Below are positions 9,780-20,007 of a stretch of 48,089 nt of DNA, piece by piece. A model generated the notes under the pieces. That model saw nothing but the letters and a program-made list of their open reading frames with translations. It did not search any database and was not told where the DNA came from. Numbering within the stretch: position 1 is the first letter of the stretch; every line of letters begins with the position of its first letter. The translations under genes and the position numbers were made by a program. Source of the stretch: Nitrospiria bacterium (GTDB taxonomy: Bacteria > Nitrospirota > Nitrospiria > SBBL01 > JAADHI01); contig JBHHXE010000003.1 in assembly GCA_046756865.1 (NCBI GenBank), positions 1 to 48,089 of the forward strand. Reading direction: 5' to 3'.

Positions 9780-10756
9780 CAGTGCAACCTGACCCGGGGA
9801 TCGACCCAGGTATATGAAATGTCGGTCAGTAATAGGCCGATGATGTAGAGAAAAGACCCGAGAAAAACCATGGCCCGAACGATTGCGAAATCCTGGCTGT
9901 TAATGGCATCAATGGTGTAGCTTCCCAGCCCGGGAATACTGAAAAAGGATTCAGTGATCAGGCTTCCCAGGAAGAGGAGGGGGATCACAACCACAACCCC
10001 AGTCAGAATCGGAACCAGGGCGTTTCGGAGAACGTGCCCAAAAAGGACAGTCAACTCGGAAAGCCCTTTGGCACGGGCGGTCCGGACATAATCTTTGCCG
10101 ATCTCTTCCAGAAAGATGGTCCGGTACCAGCGCGTCCCGGTGCCGATCCCCGCAACCAGGCCGATGATGACCGGCAGGATGAGGAACTTCACTGCGTTGA
10201 GTCCGCCGTCATATCCGGAGATAGGGACCAGGCGAAACATTTTACTGAAAATGAACTGTCCACCGATGATGTAAAAGAGCGATGAGATTGACATCATGGC
10301 CACAGCGATGATGACCCCCCAGGTGTCGATATAGGTGGCGCGGAAGAAGGCGATGAGCATGGCGACGGTCACATTGACAAAGAGGCCGACAATGAGCCCG
10401 GGGATTGCGATGGCCAGACTGGGCCACATCCTTTGACGGATGTCGGCCCCGATATTCCGTCCGTCGTCGGCACGTCCGAAGTCAAAAAGAAAAAGCCGGA
10501 CAGATTTTTCAAAGAAGATCGTGTCGGTCAGTTTTCCAGATCCGGGCGCGGAAAGATTTATAGCCAGAGGTTTATCGTAACCGTGGTCTGCCTTCCATTT
10601 CTCGATGGCTTCCTGGGTGACCCGTTTTCCTCCGAGGTGAAGACGCGCCATGTCCTCAGGCGTATTGATGACAAAAAAAAGGAGAAAGGTCAGGAGGTTG
10701 ACCCCGATCAGGATCGGGAAGGCGTAGAGGAGCCGACGGGCGATATAAGCGGTCAT
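9779..10756 (-). CDS. Peptide ABC transporter permease (DppB/OppB-like)
   Basis: Start re-set to MTAYIARRLL (ATGA overlap with upstream stop); DYVRTARAKGL, HVLRNAL, DPRVR. Confidence 0.93.
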   Translation of the reverse strand: MTAYIARRLLYAFPILIGVNLLTFLLFFVINTPEDMARLHLGGKRVTQEAIEKWKADHGYDKPLAINLSAPGSGKLTDTIFFEKSVRLFLFDFGRADDGRNIGADIRQRMWPSLAIAIPGLIVGLFVNVTVAMLIAFFRATYIDTWGVIIAVAMMSISSLFYIIGGQFIFSKMFRLVPISGYDGGLNAVKFLILPVIIGLVAGIGTGTRWYRTIFLEEIGKDYVRTARAKGLSELTVLFGHVLRNALVPILTGVVVVIPLLFLGSLITESFFSIPGLGSYTIDAINSQDFAIVRAMVFLGSFLYIIGLLLTDISYTWVDPRVRLH

Positions 10757-12939
10757 GGCAGGCTCCTTTGCCAGGAAGGCTGTGCGATACTGCGCTCCTT
10801 GCGTCGATAGGATCGGATGGCGGGTAATGTCCCCAGAAAAAGGAGTATGCCGCCGATCAGGAGCGGCCACCAGATGGCCTTGTTCCATTTGCCCTGTTCC
10901 CGGGCGCGGAGGCTCGGATCGATCTTTAAGTACTTTAGGGTATTGTTGGCCATGAGATTCGGTTTGATATTTCCATACCAGGCATGATAAAGACCGAAGC
11001 GCTGCGGATGAAAGCCGGAGACCCAGGGGACATCCCGACGAAAGATCTCGACCATCTGATCGATAATCGCCTGGCGCTCGGGCCCGTTGTCCATGTTCTT
11101 CATTTCTTCAAAGAGGGCATCGAATTCCTCGTTTGAGTAATTTGCCGCGTTTTCTCCATTTTTTCCTGCCTTGGCGTTGGGTCCATATAAAAGAAACAGG
11201 AAGTTTTCCGGATCGGGATAATCGGCATTCCAGCCCCATTGAAAGATCTGTGCGGTGCCTTTGAGCATCTTGTCCTGGAAGCGATTGTAATCTGTATTCC
11301 GTATAACCAGTTGGACCTGTATTTTTTCAAACTGTTTTCGCAGCCAGTCGAAGGTGGCCTTGGCCTCCGGGCCGGTCCCGGTCGTATCGAAGTGGAGAAT
11401 GAGTGGCTGGCCGGTCTCCTGATCGCGCCCCTGGGGGTATCCTGCCTCTGCAAGCAGTTGGCGGGCGGCGGCGATGGGCTTTCGCTTAGGTTTTCCGTCG
11501 ATCCAGTCATAGACATGGCGGTTGATTCCCGCCTCTCCTTCTTTAAATCCGAATATTCCGGGGGGCAACGGCCCCTGCATGGCGATGCCGCGTCCGTTCT
11601 GAAAGATGGAGATCGATTCTTCCTGGTTGATCGCGATGGCGATGGCCTGCCTCAGCTTACGCGCAGATTCCCGGTTCCCGCCAACGACAGGATCGAGCAT
11701 ATTAAACCCCATATAATATGTACTGGCCGCCGTGCTGGTGAGAAGGCGTATTCCCTTGGCCTTCATTTCTTCTGTCAGATCAGTGTTTCCGCTTTCCGAG
11801 ATCCGGACGGCCTGGTCAAAGCTGTCTGAAGAGATGCCGGAGCTGTCGTAATATCCCTGGAGAAACTTGTTCCAGATCGGAATATCTTCTTTTTCAAGAC
11901 TGTAGACCACCTTTTCGATGAAGGGCAGCGGCTTTCCGGCAGCTTCGAGGAGCCCTGCCGACTGATCTCCGGATTCTCCCTCTGTGGGATACGACTCTCC
12001 GTGAAAGTTTGGATTCCGTTCCATGATCATCCTGAGATTGGGATTATTGGTGGTCAGCATGTAAGGGCCTGTGCCGACGGGATACCAGTCAAGTGTGATG
12101 TTTTTTTCAGTCAGTCCGGCCTGGGCGTAAAAACGGTCCACCTCGTAGGGTACGGGGGCGAAGAAGGGCATGGCCAGCCAATAGAGAAATTGCGGGTATT
12201 TGCCGTGGATCTTGATCCGGTAGGTATATTGGTCCACCGCTTCCGCCCCGGCGAGGGGAAAGGCCCGAAGATCCAGGAAACCAGAACCTTGTTTCCGGGC
12301 CTCTCTTAACTGTGTCCCTAAGGCCTTTAATCCAAGGATATACTCTGACATGAAGCCGTAGATTGGAGAATGGATGTTCGGATGAGCGAGGCGTTTGATC
12401 TGGTAGACATAATCCTCTGCGACCAGTTCACGGCTTCCGGTCTCTGAAAAGTCTGAAATGTCATTGATTTTTTCCAGAGCCTGATCGCTTAGGTTGTGGT
12501 ACAGAAACTTTCCTCCGGGATCCCGGGCAAAGCTGGGATGAGGCTGGTAACGGATCCCGGGTTGAATCCTGATCGTATAGACACTCAGGGCGACTTCTTC
12601 AGCAGGGTCGGTTCCGTTGACTTCTATTCCGTCCTTATTGAAGTAAACCGGAGACGGGACCTCCTCCGCGGTGAGTGGGATCAGGGCGTAAGGTCTTTTC
12701 AGGTAATGATACTGAAAAGGGGGTTCATAGATTTGTCCGGTAAAGGTGATCTCGTTAGAGGAATAGGATTGTGCCGGGTCGAGATGCTTTGGCCGCTGAC
12801 TGAAAGAACTGTAGAGGATGGAAAGGTTCTCGTCTCCTTTCGGGTAGGGACTATTCAGAGATGAACCGGAACATCCACCGAGGCCGCTCAGGACAAAGAA
12901 GGAGACAACAAGGTGGAAGGGTTTGTAACGATTCAGCAC
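10753..12939 (-). CDS. Peptide ABC transporter substrate-binding protein (family 5), lipoprotein with C-terminal TM helix
   Basis: Start re-set to GTG 12939 just after secG; lipobox LGGC; LDPA, PVGTGPY, GWNADYPDPENFL. Confidence 0.9.
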   Translation of the reverse strand: MLNRYKPFHLVVSFFVLSGLGGCSGSSLNSPYPKGDENLSILYSSFSQRPKHLDPAQSYSSNEITFTGQIYEPPFQYHYLKRPYALIPLTAEEVPSPVYFNKDGIEVNGTDPAEEVALSVYTIRIQPGIRYQPHPSFARDPGGKFLYHNLSDQALEKINDISDFSETGSRELVAEDYVYQIKRLAHPNIHSPIYGFMSEYILGLKALGTQLREARKQGSGFLDLRAFPLAGAEAVDQYTYRIKIHGKYPQFLYWLAMPFFAPVPYEVDRFYAQAGLTEKNITLDWYPVGTGPYMLTTNNPNLRMIMERNPNFHGESYPTEGESGDQSAGLLEAAGKPLPFIEKVVYSLEKEDIPIWNKFLQGYYDSSGISSDSFDQAVRISESGNTDLTEEMKAKGIRLLTSTAASTYYMGFNMLDPVVGGNRESARKLRQAIAIAINQEESISIFQNGRGIAMQGPLPPGIFGFKEGEAGINRHVYDWIDGKPKRKPIAAARQLLAEAGYPQGRDQETGQPLILHFDTTGTGPEAKATFDWLRKQFEKIQVQLVIRNTDYNRFQDKMLKGTAQIFQWGWNADYPDPENFLFLLYGPNAKAGKNGENAANYSNEEFDALFEEMKNMDNGPERQAIIDQMVEIFRRDVPWVSGFHPQRFGLYHAWYGNIKPNLMANNTLKYLKIDPSLRAREQGKWNKAIWWPLLIGGILLFLGTLPAIRSYRRKERSIAQPSWQRSLP

Positions 12940-12943
12940 ACCC

Positions 12944-13324
12944 CTACTTCTCCTCCTCTCCTGCCGGAGGGGCGTCTCCTTTTGATTCAGAGGCGGGATC
13001 AACGGGGGCAGACTCCGTTTTCTTGGCCGGGGCTGCCTCTTCCGTTGTTTCGGGCTCTTCGATGGGAATGGGGTTGACCACCGTTGAGACAACCGACCTC
13101 CCGCGACCCAGGATAGAAAGACTCATGGAGGTTACAAAGAATAAAACGGCTGCGACGATCGTGACTTTGCTCAAAAAAGTTGTTGCGCCACGGCTTCCAA
13201 AAATGGTTTGGCTCGACCCTCCAAAGGCGGCCCCCATTTCCGCGCCCTTACCGGATTGAAGCATGACGATTGCGATCAAGGTAAAACATACAATAAGATG
13301 GACAACAACAATAAGGGTAAACAT
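12944..13324 (-). CDS. secG: Preprotein translocase subunit SecG
   Basis: Start MFTLIVVVH after GGAGG; LQSGKGAEMGAAFGG...FGSRGA; canonical position after tpiA. Confidence 0.95.
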   Translation of the reverse strand: MFTLIVVVHLIVCFTLIAIVMLQSGKGAEMGAAFGGSSQTIFGSRGATTFLSKVTIVAAVLFFVTSMSLSILGRGRSVVSTVVNPIPIEEPETTEEAAPAKKTESAPVDPASESKGDAPPAGEEEK

Positions 13325-13365
13325 CTGTTTCTTTCTCCTCCGTGATAATAATGCGTTCCGGCAGC

Positions 13366-14202
13366 TCAGTTCCTTCTGGCTGAGGTGCCGCATTCAACAA
13401 TTTTAAGGAACTTTTCTGCGGAGAGGCTTGCCCCCCCGACCAATACCCCATCGAGTTCCCGGTCCTTCATAAAGGTCTCGATATTATCCTCATTCACACT
13501 TCCACCGTAAAGAATGCGAGGCCGGCTTTTTTCTTGGCCTTCAGCCAAACCCTCAGAAAAAAATCCCCCGATCTTTTGAAGGACTGACCCGACATCTTCA
13601 GGTGTCGGGGTCTGGCCGGACCCAATTGCCCAGACCGGCTCGTAGGCGACGATCCACTCTGGAAGACGAGCACCTTCCTCGCGACCGTGAAGGAACTTTC
13701 CAAAGGTTTGCTCTAGTTGGCGCTTCAGAACTGACCAGGTTTTTCCGGCTTGCCGTTCCAGGAGGGTTTCTCCGATACAGAGGATCGGTCTAAGGCCGTA
13801 CGCTATGACAGCTTCAAGCTTCCGATGTATTGCCTCATCGGTCTCTCCAAAGAGCTGGCGCCTCTCCGAGTGGCCGATGATCACGTAGCCACACCCCACA
13901 TCACGCAACATAGGAGGGGAAATTTCACCAGTGAAGGCGCCTCCTCCCTCATAATGAACATTTTGTGCTGTAAGGTCAACCCTTAAAGAAGATCGTTTTA
14001 AAAATTCAGAGACAAATGAGAGGGCAGTGAAGGGGGGCGCCAGTATGATTTCGGCAAGGTTCGTTTCAGCAAGACCCACGTCTAAAAGAGGGGCGATAAT
14101 CCCCCGGCGGGCCGCATGTTCTTCAAAGGTTCGCAGATAGGCCTCGGCCTCGGGGATACTTTTGTTCATCTTCCAGTTTGCCACAAAACAGAGCCTTGAC
14201 AT
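13366..14202 (-). CDS. tpiA: Triosephosphate isomerase
   Basis: NWKMN, GAFTGE, IGHSERR, AYEPVWAIG, YGGSV, LVGGASL. Confidence 0.97.
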   Translation of the reverse strand: MSRLCFVANWKMNKSIPEAEAYLRTFEEHAARRGIIAPLLDVGLAETNLAEIILAPPFTALSFVSEFLKRSSLRVDLTAQNVHYEGGGAFTGEISPPMLRDVGCGYVIIGHSERRQLFGETDEAIHRKLEAVIAYGLRPILCIGETLLERQAGKTWSVLKRQLEQTFGKFLHGREEGARLPEWIVAYEPVWAIGSGQTPTPEDVGSVLQKIGGFFSEGLAEGQEKSRPRILYGGSVNEDNIETFMKDRELDGVLVGGASLSAEKFLKIVECGTSARRN

Positions 14203-14230
14203 TCAACTGTCCTTTACTCCGAAGAGAATA

Positions 14231-15430
14231 CTAGAAGGGATTATCCGGCAAAACGGTCAATCCGGGGAGTTTTTCTCCTTCAAGGAGCTGGAGGGCCGCC
14301 CCGCCGCCGGTCGAAATAAATGAAATGTTTTCAGATTCCCCCGCCTGGTGGACCGCCATAGCGGTTTCTCCCCCCCCGACAATCGTGAGGGCGTAGGCAT
14401 TTGAAACCGCATGGGCAACAGCGGTTGTCCCGCGTGAATAGGCGTCCATTTCAAAGAGCCCCATCGGTCCGTTCCAGAGAATGGTCTTGGCATTGGTCAG
14501 AACTTCTATAAAAAGCCGGACAGAGGCCGGCCCGATATCCAGCCCGATCCAGCCTTTCGGAATCTCCTGTACAGGAACAATCTTCGCCTCTGCGGAAGGA
14601 TCTTTACTTGGGGCCGCGACGCAATCGACGGGGAGGTAGAACTTGATGCCGCGTTCGATGGCATTTTGCCTGATCTCTCTCGCGATGGGGATCATGGAAT
14701 CTTCGACGAGCGAATTCCCGACATCAATTCCAGCGGCTTTCAAAAAGGTGAAGGCCATTCCGCCTCCGACGATGACCTTGTTGACTTTTTTCCCGAGGTT
14801 TTCAATCACTCCAATTTTCCCGGAGACCTTTGCGCCGCCCAGGATTGCAACGAAGGGCCGTGCGGGGTTCTCCACCGCCCCTTCCAGATAAGTGATCTCT
14901 TTTTTCATTAAAAATCCGCAGGCCTTGTCCTTAACAAATTTGGTGATACCGCTTGTTGAGGCATGGTTTCGATGTACGGTACCGAAGGCGTCATTTACAT
15001 AAATATCGATTCCAAGGTCGGCCAGGGCCTTCGAAAAGGTGTCGTCGTTGTCTTCTTCCCCCGAGTGGAAACGGAGATTTTCCAAAAGGAGGACATCTCC
15101 CGCTTTAAGCTGTTCCGCCATCTTTTTGGCCTTCGGGCCGATACAGTTCGGGGAGAATGCAACCTCTTTGCCCAAGCGACGCTGAAGCCGTTTTGCAACC
15201 GGCGCAAGCGAGAAGCGCGGGTCTGCCCCCCTTGGTCGGCCAAGATGAGAGGCGAGGATAATCGAGGCGCCGGCGTCTATCGCATAATTAATCGTCGGGA
15301 GCGTTGAGCGGATTCGTGTATCGTCTGTAATATTCAGATCACGGTCGAGCGGGACATTAAAATCGACCCGAATAAAAAGACGTTTTCCTTTAAGCGGAAG
15401 ATCTTCAATCGTCATTTTGTTCAGGAACAT
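14231..15430 (-). CDS. pgk: Phosphoglycerate kinase
   Basis: RVDFNVP, SHLGRP, LLENLRF, GGAKVSGK, WNGPMG, ISTGGGA. Confidence 0.97.
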   Translation of the reverse strand: MFLNKMTIEDLPLKGKRLFIRVDFNVPLDRDLNITDDTRIRSTLPTINYAIDAGASIILASHLGRPRGADPRFSLAPVAKRLQRRLGKEVAFSPNCIGPKAKKMAEQLKAGDVLLLENLRFHSGEEDNDDTFSKALADLGIDIYVNDAFGTVHRNHASTSGITKFVKDKACGFLMKKEITYLEGAVENPARPFVAILGGAKVSGKIGVIENLGKKVNKVIVGGGMAFTFLKAAGIDVGNSLVEDSMIPIAREIRQNAIERGIKFYLPVDCVAAPSKDPSAEAKIVPVQEIPKGWIGLDIGPASVRLFIEVLTNAKTILWNGPMGLFEMDAYSRGTTAVAHAVSNAYALTIVGGGETAMAVHQAGESENISFISTGGGAALQLLEGEKLPGLTVLPDNPF

Positions 15431-15469
15431 GAAGGTCTTGCCTCATTTGTGGGGTGAAATCAGGAAGGC

Positions 15470-16474
15470 CTATTTCTTCTCAGCAATGTATCGGATCAGG
15501 TCACGAACGCGGCAGGAATATCCCCATTCATTGTCATACCATGAAATAACTTTTGCCATGCGCTCGCCGATCACCTTGGTGAGGGTCCCGTCAACAATTG
15601 ATGAGTGGGCATTCCCTTTCAAATCGATAGAAACCAGAGGCAGCTCTGTGTATTGAAGAATGCCGGACATCTTCCCCTCTGCGGCGGCAGAAATGACATT
15701 TTGGACCGATTCTTCCGTCACGTCTGTCTCCAATTCGATGACGAGATCGATGAGGGAGACGTTGGGTGTCGGAACCCGGATGGCCATCCCATCCAGCTTT
15801 CCTTCCATCTTAGGAAGAACGACGGAGAGGGCTTTTGCAGCACCTGTTGTTGTCGGGATCATTGAAAGGTTCGCCGCGCGCGCCCTTCTTAAATCTTTGT
15901 GGGGGAGGTCGAGAATCTGCTGGTCGTTGGTATAGGAATGAACGGTGGTCATCAGCCCCCGCTTGATCCCGAAGTGATCTGAAAGCACTTTTACAATCGG
16001 TGCCAGACAATTAGTCGTGCACGAGGCATTGGAAACAATGTGGTGTTGTTTTGGATCGTACTGATCTTCATTGACACCCAAAACAACGGTGATATCAGGA
16101 GATTTACCCGGGGCCGAGATGATCACTTTTTTGCTTCCCGCCGTGAGATGTTTTTGGGCTGAGTCGCGGTCAACAAACAGACCCGTTGCTTCGATAACGA
16201 TGTCAACATCCATCTCTTTCCAGGGGAGGAGCGCGGGATCTTTCTCCCGTGTAATCCGGATTGATTGATCCCCGACGAGGAGCGCATCCTCTTTGGATTC
16301 AATCTCCTGCGGAAAGGCGCCGTGGACCGAATCGTACTTAAGCAGGTGGGCCAATGTCGCGGCATCGGCCAGATCATTGACACAGACGATATTGATATCG
16401 GTGTCTGAAAAGGCAGCGCGAAAGAGATTTCGCCCAATCCGGCCAAAGCCATTTATTCCAACACGTACTGACAA
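15470..16474 (-). CDS. gap: Glyceraldehyde-3-phosphate dehydrogenase (type I)
   Basis: GINGFGRIGR, SNASCTTNCLAP, WYDNEWGY; TTG start with GGGAG SD. Confidence 0.97.
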   Translation of the reverse strand: MSVRVGINGFGRIGRNLFRAAFSDTDINIVCVNDLADAATLAHLLKYDSVHGAFPQEIESKEDALLVGDQSIRITREKDPALLPWKEMDVDIVIEATGLFVDRDSAQKHLTAGSKKVIISAPGKSPDITVVLGVNEDQYDPKQHHIVSNASCTTNCLAPIVKVLSDHFGIKRGLMTTVHSYTNDQQILDLPHKDLRRARAANLSMIPTTTGAAKALSVVLPKMEGKLDGMAIRVPTPNVSLIDLVIELETDVTEESVQNVISAAAEGKMSGILQYTELPLVSIDLKGNAHSSIVDGTLTKVIGERMAKVISWYDNEWGYSCRVRDLIRYIAEKK

Positions 16475-16483
16475 CTGAACTCC

Positions 16484-18871
16484 CTAAAAATCCTCTCCCC
16501 CGTCAAACCTGAAGAACTGATTCGGGGAAGAAGCGGCCATCTTGTATTCTTTGGGTTCCGTCCCTTTTACAAATATTTCGACTTCACCGTCTTCATCGTC
16601 AGAGACTAAAAGTCCCGTATCGCGGTCAATTCTAGCATAAACTATATTCTCAGGTATAGAAAAAGATACAACCGGAAGCAGTGAAAGTGCATTTTTCATG
16701 AAAGAGACCCAGACAGGCAGGGCCGCGCGACCACCGGACTCCCGGTTCCCGAGAGAGCGGTTGTCGTCAAATCCAACCCAGACGCCTGCTGAAAGGTTAG
16801 GTGTGTATCCAACAAACCAGGCATCCGTAAATTCATTTGTGGTTCCTGTCTTTCCGGCAACCGGCCGGCCGATCACGCGTGCCCGTCTTCCGGTTCCGCG
16901 TTGAATCACATCCTCAAGGATATTGGTGACCACATAGGCGGTTTCCTTGGAGACGGCCTGCTCCGGCATAGGTTGGTGGGATTCCAGGACTTGGCCGTCT
17001 TTGTCTGTCACAGAGAGAATGAGCGTCGGCGCAAGGCGAACCCCCTGGTTGGCATAGACGCCGAGTGCGGATGTGATTTCCATCAGGCTGACGCCCGAGG
17101 ATCCGAGCGCAAGGGAGAGATCGCGGGTCAAGGGGGTCTCGATCCCGATGCGCTGTGCAAACTTTGCGACCCTGGGAATCCCGACCTGTTTGAGCAGCCT
17201 GACGGTCGCCAGGTTTCTTGAGTGCGTGAGCGCGTCGCGCATGGAGATCGGTCCATAGAATTTCTTTTCGTAATTTTCAGGTTTCCAGACCTTATTTGTT
17301 TCGTTATCTGTGAAAATGACCGGGTTATCCACCAGAAGTGTCGCCGGCGTCAATCCCTGCTCAATAGCCGTTCCATAAATAATCGGTTTAAATGCGGAGC
17401 CGGGCTGTCTTCTGGCCATCAGGGCGCGGTTGAACTCGCTTTTTCTAAAATCATACCCACCGACAAGTGCCTTGACCGCACCTGTAGACGGGTCAAGGGC
17501 AACAAAGGCTCCTTGCACAACGGGTTCCTGCTCAAGGCTGAAAAAGACGTCTTCACCGTCTTCTCCAATGGCTTTTACTTTAACCAGAATGATGTCATTC
17601 AGGTTGACGATATCATATGGTTTCGGGTTTTTGATGATGATCCTGTCATCGCGCAGATGCTCCCCTTTCAACTGCCGCGCCGCCCAGAGCATATCCTTTA
17701 ACAATAGTTTTCCAACAACATCACCGACTTCAACCCTTGCAAAATGGTCGGTTCGCGATAGAACCCGTCCTTTTACGATCTCCCCCACTTTCAAGGCCCC
17801 GGGCTTCTTTTCAGAAAGGGATGCTTCCGCCGCTTCCGGATTATATGTCCCAACCGGGCCGCGGTATCCCTGGCGTTTGTCCAGTTGCTCCAGTCCGTCC
17901 TGAAGCGCGCGTTCGGCCATGCGCTGAGAGGGTTCATTCAGTGTGGTATAGACGTTCAGGCCTCCTTTGTAGAGGGCTTCATCCCCGTATTTCCCGATAA
18001 GGTATTGCCGGATATGTTCCTTGAAATAAAGCGCAATGTCATCTTTTTTGGAATACCGCTTCTGAAAATAGAGGTCTTCCGCATAGACTTTGCGATACTG
18101 GGCTTTTGTAATGTAGCTTTCGCTCACCATTCTCTTGAGAACGACTCTCTGCCGGAACTTTGCTTTTTCGGGATTTCGGTAGGGAGAATAGGTATTCGGG
18201 GCCTTGGGGAGACCCGCGAGAAATCCGGCCTCGGCCAGGGTGATCTCTGACACATCTTTCCCGAAATAAGTCCTGGCGGCGACCTGAACACCGTAGGAGC
18301 CATGTCCAAAGTAGATCTGGTTCAGGTAGATTTCGAGGATGCGGTCTTTCCCGATGGCCTTTTCCATTTTTCGAGCCAGGAGAAGTTCTTTGAGTTTCCG
18401 TGTCATCGTCCGTTCGGGGGTTAGGAAAAGAGAACGGGCAAGTTGTTGTGTGATCGTGCTTGCTCCCTGACGGATTTTCATGCTCTCAAGATTCTTGATA
18501 AAGGCTCTGATGATACGAATCGTATCAAAGCCCTTATGTTGGTAGAAACGTGAATCTTCTACGGCCAGGAAAGCATTAATCAGAACCTTCGGCATTTGTG
18601 CCAGAGGGACGAAAACCCTTTTCTCGATGAAAAACTGGCCGATCACCTTGTTTTCATCTGAATAGATCCGGGTTGCAAGGCTTGGTTCGTAGGTGCCGAG
18701 GTTTTCTAAAGAGGGAAGATCCCTGGAAAAATAGTAGATCGTTCCTCCGACAGCCCCGGCGCCGACGAGCAGGAGGAATACGAAAGTAAGCGCGACCCAT
18801 TTCACCCAGAAATTCAGGCCGAACTGCTTTTTATTGGGGGGGGTGTGGCTGGAAAAGGTCTTTTGTTCCAA
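16484..18871 (-). CDS. mrcA: Penicillin-binding protein 1A (transglycosylase/transpeptidase)
   Basis: N-terminal TM; EDSRF, GASTITQQ, RKLKE; SxxK (SAFK), SxN (SRN), KTG. Confidence 0.93.
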   Translation of the reverse strand: MEQKTFSSHTPPNKKQFGLNFWVKWVALTFVFLLLVGAGAVGGTIYYFSRDLPSLENLGTYEPSLATRIYSDENKVIGQFFIEKRVFVPLAQMPKVLINAFLAVEDSRFYQHKGFDTIRIIRAFIKNLESMKIRQGASTITQQLARSLFLTPERTMTRKLKELLLARKMEKAIGKDRILEIYLNQIYFGHGSYGVQVAARTYFGKDVSEITLAEAGFLAGLPKAPNTYSPYRNPEKAKFRQRVVLKRMVSESYITKAQYRKVYAEDLYFQKRYSKKDDIALYFKEHIRQYLIGKYGDEALYKGGLNVYTTLNEPSQRMAERALQDGLEQLDKRQGYRGPVGTYNPEAAEASLSEKKPGALKVGEIVKGRVLSRTDHFARVEVGDVVGKLLLKDMLWAARQLKGEHLRDDRIIIKNPKPYDIVNLNDIILVKVKAIGEDGEDVFFSLEQEPVVQGAFVALDPSTGAVKALVGGYDFRKSEFNRALMARRQPGSAFKPIIYGTAIEQGLTPATLLVDNPVIFTDNETNKVWKPENYEKKFYGPISMRDALTHSRNLATVRLLKQVGIPRVAKFAQRIGIETPLTRDLSLALGSSGVSLMEITSALGVYANQGVRLAPTLILSVTDKDGQVLESHQPMPEQAVSKETAYVVTNILEDVIQRGTGRRARVIGRPVAGKTGTTNEFTDAWFVGYTPNLSAGVWVGFDDNRSLGNRESGGRAALPVWVSFMKNALSLLPVVSFSIPENIVYARIDRDTGLLVSDDEDGEVEIFVKGTEPKEYKMAASSPNQFFRFDGGEDF

Positions 18872-18900
18872 TACATTATCCTATTACATGAACCGCTTAA

Positions 18901-18929
18901 AGCGTATCCGGTTTCCATCGCCATGTCAA
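18901..18929 (-). promoter_or_regulatory. Putative sigma70 promoter of PBP1A-gap-pgk-tpiA-secG-ABC run
   Basis: Minus strand TTGACA-N17-TACGCT, about 30 nt upstream of the start codon. Confidence 0.6.
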
Positions 18930-18943
18930 GGATCATGGTTCGC

Positions 18944-18969
18944 CCTCATTCCGCGATTGCGGAATGAGG
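18944..18969. repeat. Perfect 11-bp hairpin (REP-like)
   Basis: CCTCATTCCGC-GATT-GCGGAATGAGG between divergent genes, no U tail. Confidence 0.6.
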
Positions 18970-18979
18970 AACCGCCGAT

Positions 18980-19078
18980 TTGCCTGAAAAGACTGCGTTA
19001 TCGGCCAAAGGTCTCCTCACCGTACGGGTGAGTACGCCTCCGTCGCCCTTATGGCCTCTGGCCTTGTCTTTTAGACAA
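18980..19078 (+). repeat. Structured intergenic element, copy A
   Basis: Nested stems around CTGCGTT ... CGTAC-loop-GTACGC ... GCCTTG; same layout as 23510-23603. Confidence 0.5.
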
Positions 19079-19314
19079 CTTGACGCTTTACCCCAAGATC
19101 AATCGCTGATCCTGGGGTTCGCAGAATCGTTCAGTTTTAGGTCTTATGGAAAATGTAGGGTCATTTGCGAAGATAAGCTTGAAAGCTTGAGTCCGATATG
19201 GGCGTATATACGGGAAAAATCAGAGGTTTCAGGGATTGAAAATCTGTCCTGTTTCTCTGTATAGTGAGGAACCATGTTTATGAGCTTGAATGTTCAGAAT
19301 GAGAGGGAGGATTG

Positions 19315-19959
19315 ATGGCTGCCGCAGAGCTCCTGATCTTTGATCTTGATGGAACCTTAATTGATTCAAAGCGGGATATCGCCAAGTCAGTCAATCTCAC
19401 CTTCCGGGATCTCGGTCTTCCCGAAAAACCGAACGAAACCATTTACGGCTATGTTGGGAACGGGGTCCGGAAACTTATCCTGGATGCAGTGGAGAGTACG
19501 GATATGCGTCTGGTTGACCGGGCGCTTGAGGTTTTCAGGGCGCATTACCTGGAACATCTCCTGGATGAAACAAGTCTCTATCCGGGAATCCGAGATGTTC
19601 TGGTTCACTTTCATCAGACAAAAATGGCTATTGTGACCAATAAGCCGCATGTCTATACTGAAAAAATTCTGGAGGGGCTGGGTGTTGACAAGGCATTTGA
19701 TCTTATTATTGGAAGTGAGCCGGATACCCGCTTAAAGCCTCATCCCGAAATGATCTTGAAGACATTAGAGACCCTGGACGCCTCGACATCGGAAGCCGTC
19801 ATGATTGGCGACTCGCTAAACGATATCTATGCCGCCCGTTCTGCAGGGGTGAGATCGTGCGCTGTTTCATACGGTTTTGGGGATGCCGATGAACTTCGCT
19901 CTGAGCACCCCGACTTCTTTGTCGAAACGGGCGAGGCCTTAATGACCCTCTTTTCATAA
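19315..19959 (+). CDS. gph: HAD-IA hydrolase, phosphoglycolate phosphatase-like
   Basis: FDLDGTLIDS, VTNK, KPHP, MIGDSLND; GGAGG SD. Confidence 0.8.
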   Translation: MAAAELLIFDLDGTLIDSKRDIAKSVNLTFRDLGLPEKPNETIYGYVGNGVRKLILDAVESTDMRLVDRALEVFRAHYLEHLLDETSLYPGIRDVLVHFHQTKMAIVTNKPHVYTEKILEGLGVDKAFDLIIGSEPDTRLKPHPEMILKTLETLDASTSEAVMIGDSLNDIYAARSAGVRSCAVSYGFGDADELRSEHPDFFVETGEALMTLFS

Positions 19960-20007
19960 TCTTTCATGTGCTGCCGGATGTATCGAGGCAGAGATAAAGG
20001 AGCGGGT

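Noticed and set aside
18980-19264. 94-aa ORF
   Set aside because: It overlies the structured repeat and promoter region, with no SD or protein motif.
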